This document shows, in pieces, positions 43,138-52,332 of a stretch of DNA of 64,000 nt; positions within the stretch are counted from its first letter, which is position 1, and every line of letters starts with the position of its first letter. The notes beneath the pieces are model-generated. The model was given only the letters and a program-made list of their open reading frames with translations. It ran no database searches and was not told where the DNA came from. Source of the DNA: an uncultured Eubacteriales bacterium. GTDB taxonomy: Bacteria > Actinomycetota > Coriobacteriia > Anaerosomatales > JAAXUF01. The stretch is taken from contig CAYMAN010000005.1 of NCBI GenBank assembly GCA_964388455.1, forward strand, positions 2,920-66,919. Reading direction: 5' to 3'. The translations under genes were made by a program, and so were the position numbers.

Positions 43138-46100
43138 CTAGGGGTTCAGCAGACTTCTGAAGCTCGTCTCCTGGGCGATCGGCACGACTGCGGTGCCACC
43201 GATGACCCAACCTTGGTCGATCTTAGCCTTGTGCGTGGTGATGAACGTCTTGGACGTGGACTGGATGCCGGCCGACGACTCGGTGAACAGCATGATGCCG
43301 CCCATGCGTCCGAGGAATGCGCCGCCGGTCAGCGCGTCGGGGAGCTTGGAGGCAAGCGCCGTGTCCGCGCGGCTCGTCCAGGTGCGGTCGACGGCGACGA
43401 ACTTGGCGATCTGCGTCGCCGCCGTGAAACGGTTCGAACTCGTGGTCATGCGCGTGGCGCCCGCCGCGGGTACCGACCCGATGTAGGTGGCCGAGGAGGC
43501 CGCATAGCGTGGCTTACCCTTGAGTGCTGCGGACTTGAGCACGTTGCCCACCGACGTTGGGACGCCGCCCTTCTTGACCGAGAGCATCGGCATCGTCTGT
43601 GCGTAGGCGACCGGGGAAGCTGCCAGCGCGTCGTAGAAGGCCGAAGGGTTGTCGCCTGCGATCAGGATGACACCGTTGACGGCGGCTGCTCCCTTGACGC
43701 TTACCATGCGGGTCGCCATGAGGGCAGAGGTCTCGTAGCGGTCACGACCGGCGAAGCGGTCCTTGACCTGACTCACGCCCGGGATCCGCTTGATGTCGTT
43801 CCAGCGCGCGTCAGGCACGACCGCCGTGCCACCGACGATGTGGATCCTCACACCGGGGTTCTTCTTGGCGATTTCGGTGATGGCGGTCTTGGTGGCGCCG
43901 GGGACCTTGCCGACCTGCACGGTGAGGACCGGCGCGTCGTAGACGCCTGCGAGTCCGGCAGCTGAGAGCGGGTCTGACTCTTTGCCCGGCTCACCGTTGG
44001 CGACGATGATGTGCTTCACGCCACTCCAGGCCAGCTTGCCCGTGGGATCCCAGCCCTTACGAGCGAGCGCTGCGGCGGTACCGTAGCGGTCGGAGCCGTA
44101 GGCCCTGGTCACGGGACGTACGGTGCGCGCGAAAGTGGCGCCTATGGTGTGGCTCGCGGTCACGTTGGAGAACGTCACGCTCGAACTCGCACCGATGGAG
44201 ATGCCGTCCTTGGTGACGTTCACGATGTGGTACCCGGCGGCAGGTGTGACCGTGAACGTTCGACTCGACCCGTGCGCGACCGTCTGGGGGCTTCCGGGAG
44301 AGATGGTGCCATTGGCGCCGGCAGTCGGCGTGATGGCGTAGGTGTTGATAGCGAAGGTGGCACCGATGGTGTGGTTGGCTGTCACGTCGGCGAAGGTCAC
44401 AGACTGGCTGGTGCCGATCGAGACCCCATCCTTGGTGACGCCGACGATGTGATAGCCGACATTCGGAGTCACTGTGAACGTCTTGTCGGTGCCGTAGCCG
44501 ACAGTCTGTACCCCGCTGGGCGATATCACACCGTTGGCGCCGGCAGTGGGGGTGATGGTGAACGTATCGATAGCGAAGGTGGCACCGATGGTGTGGTCAG
44601 CGTTCACATCGGCGAAGGTCACCGACTGACTGGTGCCGATCGAGACCCCATCCTTGGTGACGTCGACAATGTGATAGCCGACGTCCGGAGTCACGGTGAA
44701 CGTCTTGTCGTTGCCACCGGAGACAAGCTGTACGGTTCCCGGATTGATCGATCCGTGGGGACCGACCATCGGTGTGATGGCATGAGTGCCGACCGCGTTC
44801 TGGGCGAATGTGGCACTGAGTGTGTGACCCCCCGTGACGTTGTAGAAGGTAACGACCGAGACGGCGCCGACCGAGACACCATCTTTCAACACGTCGGCGA
44901 TGTGATAGCCAGGCGCAGCCGTCACCGTGAAGGTCTTATCGGATCCGTGAACCACCGTCTGCGCGCCGCTGGGCGAGATGGCACCGTTGGGGCCGGCAGA
45001 TGGGGTGATGGTGTAGGTGTTAATAGCAAACGTGGCAGCGAGTGTATGGTTTGCGGCCACATTGGTGAATGTCACCGACTCGCTAGCCCCTATCGAGACA
45101 CCGTCCTTCTTCACGTCGGCGATATGGTAGCCGGTGGCGGGGATGACGGTGAACGTCTTGTCGGCTCCGTTCTCTACCGTCTGAGCGGCACCGGGCGAGA
45201 TGGCACCGTTGGGGCCTGCAGACGGGGTGATGGTGTATGTCTTGACGACGAATGGTGAGCTGTTCGTGGACTGCCCCACTGCGTCTGTCGCACGGGCAGT
45301 GACGGTGTACGTGTGCGAACCGACCTCGGTCGGGTCCGGAGCCCACGCCCAGCCCCACGTGTCCCACCCATTGCTTGTCGTAGCCGCATTCCAGTACTGA
45401 GCGGTGACCCAGCCGACTCCAGCCCTCCAATACTTGCCGTCGTCACGCAGGATCGAGACGCCGACCGATGTCACGCCCGCACCTACATCCGAGGAGGTGC
45501 CGGCGACGATTCTAGTGGTGGCGGATGGCGAGTCGTACTCCACCGGTGTGGTCAACGTCACCTTGGGAGGCGTCGCCGTTGTCCAGGTCCACGTCGCGCC
45601 GCCGTCGTTGGTGCGGCCGATGGTCTCGTTGTCTCCCACGACGATCCACTTGGTGGCGGTGATCATGGATATCGAGCGAAGTCTCCCGGCAACCCCACCA
45701 TCCTTGAAGCTCCAAGACGCACCACCGTTCGTGCTTATCTGGAGCGAGCCGGTGCCTAGATTGGTGCGGCCAACGGCAACTATGAGCGAGGTTCCAAACG
45801 AATCGATCCCGTACAGGGTTTCAGGTCTGATCGCCGGAGTTGGAGCCTGCGCATATGTCGACCAGGCTGTCCCGTTGGTTGTCTGGAGCACTGTACGCCC
45901 CGCGCCACCCACAGCGAACGCGTGTGTTGGGTCAGTCACGACAATGTCATTGAATGCGCTGCTCAACGTGGCAGGTGCATTCTGAGAGCTCCACGATGCA
46001 CCGCCGTTTGAGGTTTTGTAGATCAGTACGCGCTTGAAAGCAGCGGTACTGTAGAGCGGACTGGTCCACTCGGATCCGATGGCCCAGCCGGTCAGTCCGT

Positions 46101-46680
46101 CGGGCGCGAAAGCGATTGCATCCATATGAGCCCATGTTGCAGGCCCCGGGGTGTAATCGCCTGATATCGGATCGGTGGTCCCAGGATAGATAGGCCCGCG
46201 GAATCGCTCGGTCCAGCCAGAGATGCCGTTCGCGCTGGTGTAGATGATGCCGACATCTCCGTCAGCGGTGCCTTGGCGCTTGCCCACCGCCACATACCCG
46301 GTCGAGCTCTTGACGACAGCTGAGAAGCTCGCGCCACCACCTACAACCGGTGCGTTTCGAGACCAGGTCGCCCCGGCATCGCCGGTCGACAGCACGAGGT
46401 CGTCGGTATCGCTCACGGCTCGAGCCGTCGAGGTCCCGTTCATGGCAAGCCCTATCGGCGAGCTCTGCCCGGTCAGGATCGCGTGCCACGTCGCACCACC
46501 GTCGTTGGTGGTCGACATGAAGCCGCTGCGTGGGTTGTTGCCATACCATCCGCCAAGATATCCGCGATTCGCGTCGGCGAAATCGACGGTTCCAAGATAA
46601 GAAGCCCCAAACGCCGGGACCGCCGAGAACACAAAGATGAAGGCCGCTACAGCCAGAAGGATTCTGCGAGTCGATCGCAT
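43138..46680 (-). CDS. Large secreted cell-wall-anchored protein: Asp-box/BNR (Ycf48/sortilin-like) beta-propeller, five ~75-aa Ig-like repeats, three CWB2-type cell-wall-binding repeats
   Basis: Signal RRILLAVAAFIFVFSAVPAFG. Asp-box-like motifs TNDGGATW, TGDAGATWS, SNGGASWS, TNGGASWS, TNDGGATWT. Repeats have the form TYTITPSAGPNGAISP...GYHIADV.KDGVS.G...VTF.NV...HT..ATFA. The C-terminus has RYGTAAALA/RYETSALMA/RFTAATQIA modules. ATG 46680 with SD AAAGGTGG. Confidence 0.75.
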   Translation of the reverse strand: MRSTRRILLAVAAFIFVFSAVPAFGASYLGTVDFADANRGYLGGWYGNNPRSGFMSTTNDGGATWHAILTGQSSPIGLAMNGTSTARAVSDTDDLVLSTGDAGATWSRNAPVVGGGASFSAVVKSSTGYVAVGKRQGTADGDVGIIYTSANGISGWTERFRGPIYPGTTDPISGDYTPGPATWAHMDAIAFAPDGLTGWAIGSEWTSPLYSTAAFKRVLIYKTSNGGASWSSQNAPATLSSAFNDIVVTDPTHAFAVGGAGRTVLQTTNGTAWSTYAQAPTPAIRPETLYGIDSFGTSLIVAVGRTNLGTGSLQISTNGGASWSFKDGGVAGRLRSISMITATKWIVVGDNETIGRTNDGGATWTWTTATPPKVTLTTPVEYDSPSATTRIVAGTSSDVGAGVTSVGVSILRDDGKYWRAGVGWVTAQYWNAATTSNGWDTWGWAWAPDPTEVGSHTYTVTARATDAVGQSTNSSPFVVKTYTITPSAGPNGAISPGAAQTVENGADKTFTVIPATGYHIADVKKDGVSIGASESVTFTNVAANHTLAATFAINTYTITPSAGPNGAISPSGAQTVVHGSDKTFTVTAAPGYHIADVLKDGVSVGAVSVVTFYNVTGGHTLSATFAQNAVGTHAITPMVGPHGSINPGTVQLVSGGNDKTFTVTPDVGYHIVDVTKDGVSIGTSQSVTFADVNADHTIGATFAIDTFTITPTAGANGVISPSGVQTVGYGTDKTFTVTPNVGYHIVGVTKDGVSIGTSQSVTFADVTANHTIGATFAINTYAITPTAGANGTISPGSPQTVAHGSSRTFTVTPAAGYHIVNVTKDGISIGASSSVTFSNVTASHTIGATFARTVRPVTRAYGSDRYGTAAALARKGWDPTGKLAWSGVKHIIVANGEPGKESDPLSAAGLAGVYDAPVLTVQVGKVPGATKTAITEIAKKNPGVRIHIVGGTAVVPDARWNDIKRIPGVSQVKDRFAGRDRYETSALMATRMVSVKGAAAVNGVILIAGDNPSAFYDALAASPVAYAQTMPMLSVKKGGVPTSVGNVLKSAALKGKPRYAASSATYIGSVPAAGATRMTTSSNRFTAATQIAKFVAVDRTWTSRADTALASKLPDALTGGAFLGRMGGIMLFTESSAGIQSTSKTFITTHKAKIDQGWVIGGTAVVPIAQETSFRSLLNP
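44122..45240 (-). repeat. Five tandem coding repeats (~222-231 bp each) within the surface protein
   Basis: Protein-level repeats of 74-77 aa. Repeats 3 and 4 share long identical stretches (KDGVSIGTSQSVTFADV). Confidence 0.8.
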
Positions 46681-46838
46681 GCACAACCACCTTTACCCGT
46701 GACGCTTCACGAAGACCTCACCGCGGCCGTTGTCCGGCGTCCGCGCTGGGATTCGATTCTATCACCGTTCAGGCGCGTGGCCTTCTCGGCGGGGATTGAC
46801 CTGCAACCTTCGTGCCGCGGTGACGTGGCGGCGATCGA

Positions 46839-47351
46839 CTAGGACCAGCGCTCCTGGTGCACGAAGTCGGGATTGTAGCGGGTCACGTCGGCGCCCGCGC
46901 CGTCGGGAACCCCGACCGCGACGAGGCACAGAACCCGCATATCGTCTGCGACTCCCAGGAGCTCGACCACGGCGGCCTCGCGCTCGGCCTCCGGGAATAC
47001 GCCGATCCAGCAGGTGCCCAGACCGCTGGCGTGTGCGCTGAGCAGTATGTTCTGTGTCGCCGCCGAGCAGTCCATGGTCCAGCGGTCGGGCGCCTTGGTC
47101 GACGTGGGATGGGCCAGAACCGCGATTGCCACTGACGCGCGGGCGACCGGTCCGGCGTACGGCGATATCTCCGAGAGCTTCGCGCGCATATCGGCGTCTC
47201 TGATCACGACGAACCGCCATGGCTGCTCGTTCATCGCCGAGGGTGCCGCCATTGCGGCGCGCAGCAAGCGATCCACCTGCGGCTGAGTAACCTCCGTGTC
47301 GGTGAATCGACGGACACTGCGGCGGGTGTGGATGGCGTTGAGAACGTCCAT
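46839..47351 (-). CDS. Nitroreductase-family flavoprotein
   Basis: MDVLNAIHTRRSVRRFT...LRAAMAAPSAMNEQPWRFVVI... Confidence 0.8.
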   Translation of the reverse strand: MDVLNAIHTRRSVRRFTDTEVTQPQVDRLLRAAMAAPSAMNEQPWRFVVIRDADMRAKLSEISPYAGPVARASVAIAVLAHPTSTKAPDRWTMDCSAATQNILLSAHASGLGTCWIGVFPEAEREAAVVELLGVADDMRVLCLVAVGVPDGAGADVTRYNPDFVHQERWS

Positions 47352-47364
47352 GTGGTGCCTCCGG

Positions 47365-48405
47365 TCAGATGGCGTCGGGCGCTGTTGCGCTAGCGGGTGC
47401 GGGTGCGGGTGCGGGTACCGCGTCTGGTGCGACCTCGGGCGCGATGGCCTCGCGCTCGCGAGCGGCGACGCGGCGGCCGTCTCGGCGAATCACGGGGCTG
47501 GTTCCAAAGAGGAGGTCATTCTCGAAGGACACTCGCTCTAGAATCGTGAGCTCGCGGGCGAGCTGATCGACGTTCATGCGGACCTCGGGCGAGTCGATCG
47601 TCAGGTCGTGCAGGTCGACCCCCTCGAGTTGACCCTTCTTCTTGGCGTGCACATACGTCTTGAACATCGCGCCGCGGATGCGCTGCTTGGTCGAGGGCTT
47701 TCGCAGCGCGTCGAGGATGCGGGCTCGCACTGCCTCGAGTTCCTCGGCGGGGGCGCGTTTGGGGAGCGCGGCCAAGGTGCGACCGATGTCGTCGGCAACG
47801 GGCCGGGCGGTCTCCTGGATGATGAACTTCACCACGTGCCAGGCGTCGAAGAGGTCGCGCGCCGAGGAGATCTCGCGGTTGCGCAGCCACAGCCACGCGT
47901 GCAGCCGGCGTCGTGCGTCCCACCACAGGAGCGAGTTCGCCAGCGCCTCATCGGAGATGAGGAACAGCCCGCTCGTCGCCAGCATCGCGCCGAAGACGCC
48001 GGCGCCCAGCTGCTCGGTACGACGCTTGCCGACGCGCGCCTTGGCCAATCCGCAGGTGGGTGACGCCTCTTTGGCGATGAACGCCACTACGCCCGCGCGC
48101 TCAATGGCGGCCATCGCATCGCGCGAACCGGCGACGACGCGCGCGGTGACGTCGTTGTTGCGGCGGTCTCGAACGGTGGCGGTACCGGCGAGCACCTCGG
48201 CGCCGGTGCCGGTCAGGTGGATCGGCGCGCGCGGAACGCCGAGTCCGGCCAGGCACTCGGGACACACAGGCGTGAACACGAAGTCCGCGCGCTCCCGGCC
48301 CATGGTCGCGAGAGCGTCGAACGCATGCCCGTTGTAACGAACCGGGCAGTTGAACGCGCATGCGCTGATGCCGATGGGTACCTTAGTGGTGATGACCGCA
48401 GCCAC
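47365..48405 (-). CDS. DUF523 plus DUF1722 fusion protein (YbgA-like)
   Basis: PIGISACAFNCPVRYNGH...SPTCG is DUF523-like. The C-terminal ...LLWWDARRRLHAWLWL... region is DUF1722-like. The start is uncertain: GTG 48405 is proposed and the track start 48648 adds an Arg-rich extension. The gene is divergent from the photolyase. Confidence 0.6.
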   Translation of the reverse strand: MAAVITTKVPIGISACAFNCPVRYNGHAFDALATMGRERADFVFTPVCPECLAGLGVPRAPIHLTGTGAEVLAGTATVRDRRNNDVTARVVAGSRDAMAAIERAGVVAFIAKEASPTCGLAKARVGKRRTEQLGAGVFGAMLATSGLFLISDEALANSLLWWDARRRLHAWLWLRNREISSARDLFDAWHVVKFIIQETARPVADDIGRTLAALPKRAPAEELEAVRARILDALRKPSTKQRIRGAMFKTYVHAKKKGQLEGVDLHDLTIDSPEVRMNVDQLARELTILERVSFENDLLFGTSPVIRRDGRRVAAREREAIAPEVAPDAVPAPAPAPASATAPDAI

Positions 48406-48500
48406 GATGCCGCCCTTCGCAGTTGATGGGTGTATCGCGGCATCGAACCTTACCGCGTACCCAGTATGTACCCGAGCCCGAGGCAGGAGCCGCCACGTCA

Positions 48501-49880
48501 ATGCCACGCACCGCGATCGCCTGGTTCCGGCGCGACCTGCGACTCGCCGATAACCCCGCGCTGACCTACGCCATCGAGCATGCGGACACGGTCGTACCGG
48601 TGCATGTCGCCGACGACCCCGCAGCACCGTTCGCTCCCGGCGCCGCATCGAGGGCGTGGCTGGAGGGCTCGCTAGCTGCCCTTGGCGAGTCGCTGATGGC
48701 GCGTGGCGCGGACCTCTCTCGCCTCGACGGTCCTGCGGTCAGCACGCTGCCGGAGTTCGCCGCGGCGTGCGGCGCGCAACTCGTGACCTGCACACGCGAC
48801 TGGTCCCCCGCCGCCGTGGCCGAGGAGGACGATGTCCGCAGTGCGCTCGCGTCAGCGGGAATCGAGCTGTTCGTGGCCGAGAGCCAACTCCTCGTGGAAC
48901 CAGACCGCGTGCGCACCGGAGGCGGAACGCCGTACTCGGTGTTCACGCCGTACTCGCATGCGTGGGCCGCTGCATGGCGCCCGAGCGAGCCTTTACCCGC
49001 GCCGGCGCGAGTCCCTGGTATGGCCCCCTCGAGCGCTGGAGTGCCGCACTCCTCGTGCGGCCTCGTGTTGGACGGCGCGTCCCCGACCCCAGGCGATCTC
49101 ACTGCGTGGTGGACACCGGGTGAGCTAGGCGCCCAGCAGCGACTCGCGGCGTTCTCGGCGGTGTGCGTGGGCGACTACGATCGTGATCGCGACCTGCCGG
49201 CCGTCTCCGGCACCAGCGAGCTCTCGGCGCACCTCGCGTTTGGCGAGCTGTCTCCTCGGCAGGTCGTGGCGGCGGTGCTCGCGAAATCCGAGGAGTCGGT
49301 GGCGTGGGCGTTCATTCGGCAGCTTGCGTGGCGGGAGTTCAGTTACCACGTTCTGCATGCGCATCCCAAGACCCAGAGCGAGCCGCTGAGGCCGCAGTAC
49401 GCCGCGTTCCCGTGGCGTGACGACGCACGCGGTACGGCCGCATGGCTCGACGGTCGCACTGGGTTTGCGCTGGTGGACGCGGGGATGCGCCAACTCGCCG
49501 CAACGGGCTGGATGCACAATCGCGTGCGCTTGGTCGTGGCGTCATTCCTGGTCAAGGACCTGCTGGTGCCGTGGCAGACCGGCGAAGCCGCGTTTCGCGA
49601 GCGGCTGGTCGACTACGACCCGGCGGCCAACGCGTTCAACTGGCAGTGGGTCGCCGGATCCGGAGCCGACGCGGCACCGTACTTCCGCGTCTTCAACCCG
49701 GCGACGCAGGCCAAGCGGTTCGATCCGCTCGGCGAGTATGTGCGTCGATGGGTGCCCGAGTACGGCACGCCGGAATACCCTGCGCCGATCGTCGACCACG
49801 CCGAAGCGCGGACCCGTGCACTCGCAGCGCTTGCCGCAATGAGCTCGGCCGCCGCAACGCAGCTCGGGGCCACTACTTAG
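48501..49880 (+). CDS. phr: Deoxyribodipyrimidine photolyase / cryptochrome family
   Basis: IAWFRRDLRLADNPAL...TSELSAHLAFGELSPRQV...GWMHNRVRLVVASFLVKDL...DADPAANAFNWQW-type motifs. ATG 48501 with SD AGGAG. Confidence 0.9.
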   Translation: MPRTAIAWFRRDLRLADNPALTYAIEHADTVVPVHVADDPAAPFAPGAASRAWLEGSLAALGESLMARGADLSRLDGPAVSTLPEFAAACGAQLVTCTRDWSPAAVAEEDDVRSALASAGIELFVAESQLLVEPDRVRTGGGTPYSVFTPYSHAWAAAWRPSEPLPAPARVPGMAPSSAGVPHSSCGLVLDGASPTPGDLTAWWTPGELGAQQRLAAFSAVCVGDYDRDRDLPAVSGTSELSAHLAFGELSPRQVVAAVLAKSEESVAWAFIRQLAWREFSYHVLHAHPKTQSEPLRPQYAAFPWRDDARGTAAWLDGRTGFALVDAGMRQLAATGWMHNRVRLVVASFLVKDLLVPWQTGEAAFRERLVDYDPAANAFNWQWVAGSGADAAPYFRVFNPATQAKRFDPLGEYVRRWVPEYGTPEYPAPIVDHAEARTRALAALAAMSSAAATQLGATT

Positions 49881-50349
49881 GAGTCACGACCACGCTGACT
49901 TGGGTCGTCGAAGTGTCCGTCGACCTGGTGAGGGTGAACAGCGCGTCGAACTGCTTCACGGTTGCTGCGAGAATCGCGACCTTCTCGGTGTCTGTGCTGG
50001 CATCGGTCGCCTCGGTGGTCCAGCCCGACTTCTCGAGCCCGACACCGAAGCCCTTCACGACCGCATCGAACTCGTCGTCTGTGGTGAAGGTGGCGTTCCA
50101 GCTGATGCCGGTAGGAGCGCGCGTGGTACTGGACGTTGTGACCGTGGAGCCCGGCCACAACGGAAGCGACTCGGGTCGACCCTCGACCAGCTGCTCGCCG
50201 GCCAATGTCGCCTCGACGCTCGCGACTTGCGGAGCCAGCGTGACGACCGCAGGCGCGGGCGTGAACTTCTCCTTGAGCGTCCCGCATCCTGACGCCGACA
50301 AGCCGACAGCCACCAGGACCGCCACATACACAAGTCTCAAACCGCGCAT
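49873..50349 (-). CDS. Small lipoprotein, unknown function
   Basis: MRGLRLVYVAVLVAVGLSASGC is a lipobox signal. ATG 50349 with SD AAGGGAG. The track start 50634 would run through selC and is rejected. Confidence 0.6.
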   Translation of the reverse strand: MRGLRLVYVAVLVAVGLSASGCGTLKEKFTPAPAVVTLAPQVASVEATLAGEQLVEGRPESLPLWPGSTVTTSSTTRAPTGISWNATFTTDDEFDAVVKGFGVGLEKSGWTTEATDASTDTEKVAILAATVKQFDALFTLTRSTDTSTTQVSVVVTPK

Positions 50350-50456
50350 CGAACTCCCTTTCGTCCCACTCCAGCCGAGAAGCCACCCGCATCGTGACGG
50401 CTCCGGTGACACAAGCGCCCCGCCGAGAACCCCGGCGGGACGCTGATTCCGCGCAA

Positions 50457-50553
50457 TGGCGGAAGCGTGTGCGAATCGAACACACCCGGGAGGCTCTTCA
50501 CCCCCCACACTGGTTTTGAAGACCAGGGGCCCCACCAGGAACCATCCGCCTCC
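50457..50553 (-). tRNA. selC: tRNA-Sec (anticodon UCA), 97 nt with encoded CCA
   Basis: Minus-strand sequence: GGAGGCGGAUGGUUCCUGGUGGGGCCCCUGGUCUUCAAAACCAGUGUGGGGGGUGAAGAGCCUCCCGGGUGUGUUCGAUUCGCACACGCUUCCGCCA. It has a 6-bp D-stem with a 4-nt loop, an anticodon loop CUUCAAA, a long variable arm (6-bp stem), a T-arm GUGUG-UUCGAUU-CGCAC, and a 7-8 bp acceptor. An upstream TTGACA-17-GACAAT promoter lies at 50563-50591 and a downstream hairpin at 50419-50439. Confidence 0.85.
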
Positions 50554-50711
50554 ATCTGGGGCATTGTCCCGACGCGGATAGGCCCTGTCAAACGCCGGCT
50601 GACTGATGTCGCCGTATGAGGATGTTCTCATCACGCTCTCATGCGCCCTTCACGACCGTTGTCGATTCTAGGTATAGGCACTTCTCCCGCACCCGGCAGA
50701 CAGGCGAGACG

Positions 50712-52205
50712 ATGGCGCAGGCAAAGGCGTGGATCGCGAGGAATCGGTTCTTCGCGATCTTGGGCGGCCTGGCACTGGCGATGGTCCTCGGCGCCGCGTT
50801 CGTCGGTGTGGCCGGCGCGACCAGCTCGCCTTCCTTCTGTCGCGCCGCGTGTCATGAGATGAGGCCGTACCACGACGCTTGGGCCACCGGCCCACACAAA
50901 GGCATCTCCTGTATCGAGTGTCACGTCGATCCCGGTGCCGTCGCTCAGCTCAAACACAAGGTGGTCGCCCTCGGCGAAGTCGCCACCCACTTTCGCGGCG
51001 ACACGTCGTTCCCACGCGAGGTGCAGGCCGAGGTTCCCAGTGAACGATGCGTCCGTTGCCACTCCAAGATCTCGATCGTCAGCACCGGGTTCGATCATGC
51101 CGTCCACGCCAGGCGCGGCCCCTGTACGCAGTGCCATGCGGATGCAGGCCACAAGGTCACCATCACCGCGCTGAAGGCTGCCGGCTACTACAGCGGGTTC
51201 ACAGGCACCGGCGCGTCAGCCGAGAGCACCACCGCGATCGTCGATCGTGGCCGGGCCGACCTTCCCGGCCACGTGAGCATCTCGTGCTCGCGCTGCCACG
51301 TGATGTCGGCAAACACGTGCTCGGGATGCCATAAACCCAAGCACCCCGCCCGCGGCGAATGCGGCACCTGTCACGCGACAGGCGCGGAGTTCATCTTCAC
51401 GCACCCCGTTGACCGACCCGACTGCAAGTCCTGCCACACTCCCAAGCCCACGCACACGAAGTCTTCTTCCCCGACGACCCGGTGCGTGACCTGTCACAAG
51501 CAGCCGGGCGTCAAGTGGTCGTTCACGCACCCTTCGAAGACCTCCGATTGTGAGTCGTGCCACGCCCGTCCCGCCAAGCACCGCGCCGGTACCTGCACTC
51601 AGTGTCACGCGGCCGGCGGCAGCTGGAAGTTCAAGCATCCCGCCGCAAAGTCAGACTGCCAGTCCTGCCACAACAGGCCGTCCGGCCACAGATCCGGCTC
51701 GTGCACGACGTGCCACTCCGTCGGCTCCTCTTGGGCATTCAGGCACCCGAGCAACGGTTCCTCCTGCGCGACATGTCACAACCGCCCGTCCGGTCACCGC
51801 TCAGGTTCGTGCACCTCGTGTCACTCGACCGGCTCTCGATGGAGCTTCAGGCACCCTGGCAACGGCGTATCGTGCTCGTCATGTCACAACCGTCCCTCTG
51901 GTCACAAGTCCGGATCGTGCAGCACGTGTCACTCCGTCGGCAAGCGCTGGACCTTCAGGCACGGATCATCGAGCAAGTGTTCCTCGTGCCACCGGGCACC
52001 GTCGAAGCACTACGGCACAAGCTGCTCACGCTGCCACTCGCCGAGCAGATCGTGGAAGAGCGCATCGTTCCGTCACCCAGGCATACCGGGCGGAGAGCAC
52101 CGCTACACCTCGTTCTCCTGTGTGAAGTGCCACCCCGGTGACGGTCGCGGCCCTGGTCACTACTGCAGCTGCCACGGCAACACGTCTGGTCCCGACGACG
52201 ATTAG
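50712..52205 (+). CDS. Membrane-anchored NapC/NirT/NrfH-like cytochrome fused to a long tandem di-heme repeat region (about 20 heme sites)
   Basis: TM FFAILGGLALAMVLGAAFVGVAG. NapC-like FCRAACHEM (one residue longer than the canonical FCxSCHEM), then CIECH, CVRCH and CTQCH, followed by 16 further CxxCH motifs. ATG 50712 is preferred over the track start 50616. Confidence 0.8.
   Translation: MAQAKAWIARNRFFAILGGLALAMVLGAAFVGVAGATSSPSFCRAACHEMRPYHDAWATGPHKGISCIECHVDPGAVAQLKHKVVALGEVATHFRGDTSFPREVQAEVPSERCVRCHSKISIVSTGFDHAVHARRGPCTQCHADAGHKVTITALKAAGYYSGFTGTGASAESTTAIVDRGRADLPGHVSISCSRCHVMSANTCSGCHKPKHPARGECGTCHATGAEFIFTHPVDRPDCKSCHTPKPTHTKSSSPTTRCVTCHKQPGVKWSFTHPSKTSDCESCHARPAKHRAGTCTQCHAAGGSWKFKHPAAKSDCQSCHNRPSGHRSGSCTTCHSVGSSWAFRHPSNGSSCATCHNRPSGHRSGSCTSCHSTGSRWSFRHPGNGVSCSSCHNRPSGHKSGSCSTCHSVGKRWTFRHGSSSKCSSCHRAPSKHYGTSCSRCHSPSRSWKSASFRHPGIPGGEHRYTSFSCVKCHPGDGRGPGHYCSCHGNTSGPDDD
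51516..52055 (+). repeat. Five tandem 108-bp (36-aa) coding repeats, each with two CxxCH
   Basis: Unit W.F.HP....C.SCH.RPS.H.SGSC..CHS.G.., repeated from aa 301 to ~480 in track numbering. More degenerate copies lie upstream. Confidence 0.8.
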
Positions 52206-52332
52206 CCACACGGAACATCGCCCGCCGCTGAGCGGACAAGCCCCGGCACCGGCCCCGACACCGCGGTGCACCCTCAGCCCCAGACGATGGTCCAGCACGA
52301 GAATAGGGCACAATGTAGGTGTGGACATTTGA

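Noticed and set aside
44122-45240. Tandem DNA repeats that might be mistaken for a CRISPR or satellite array (also 51516-52055)
   Set aside because: The periods are 222-231 bp and 108 bp. The repeats are diverged, in frame and encode protein domains, and there is no short repeat/unique-spacer structure.
49714-49729. T-arm-like AGCGG-TTCGAT-CCGCT sequence
   Set aside because: It lies inside the photolyase coding frame, the loop is 6 nt rather than 7, and no surrounding cloverleaf can be drawn.
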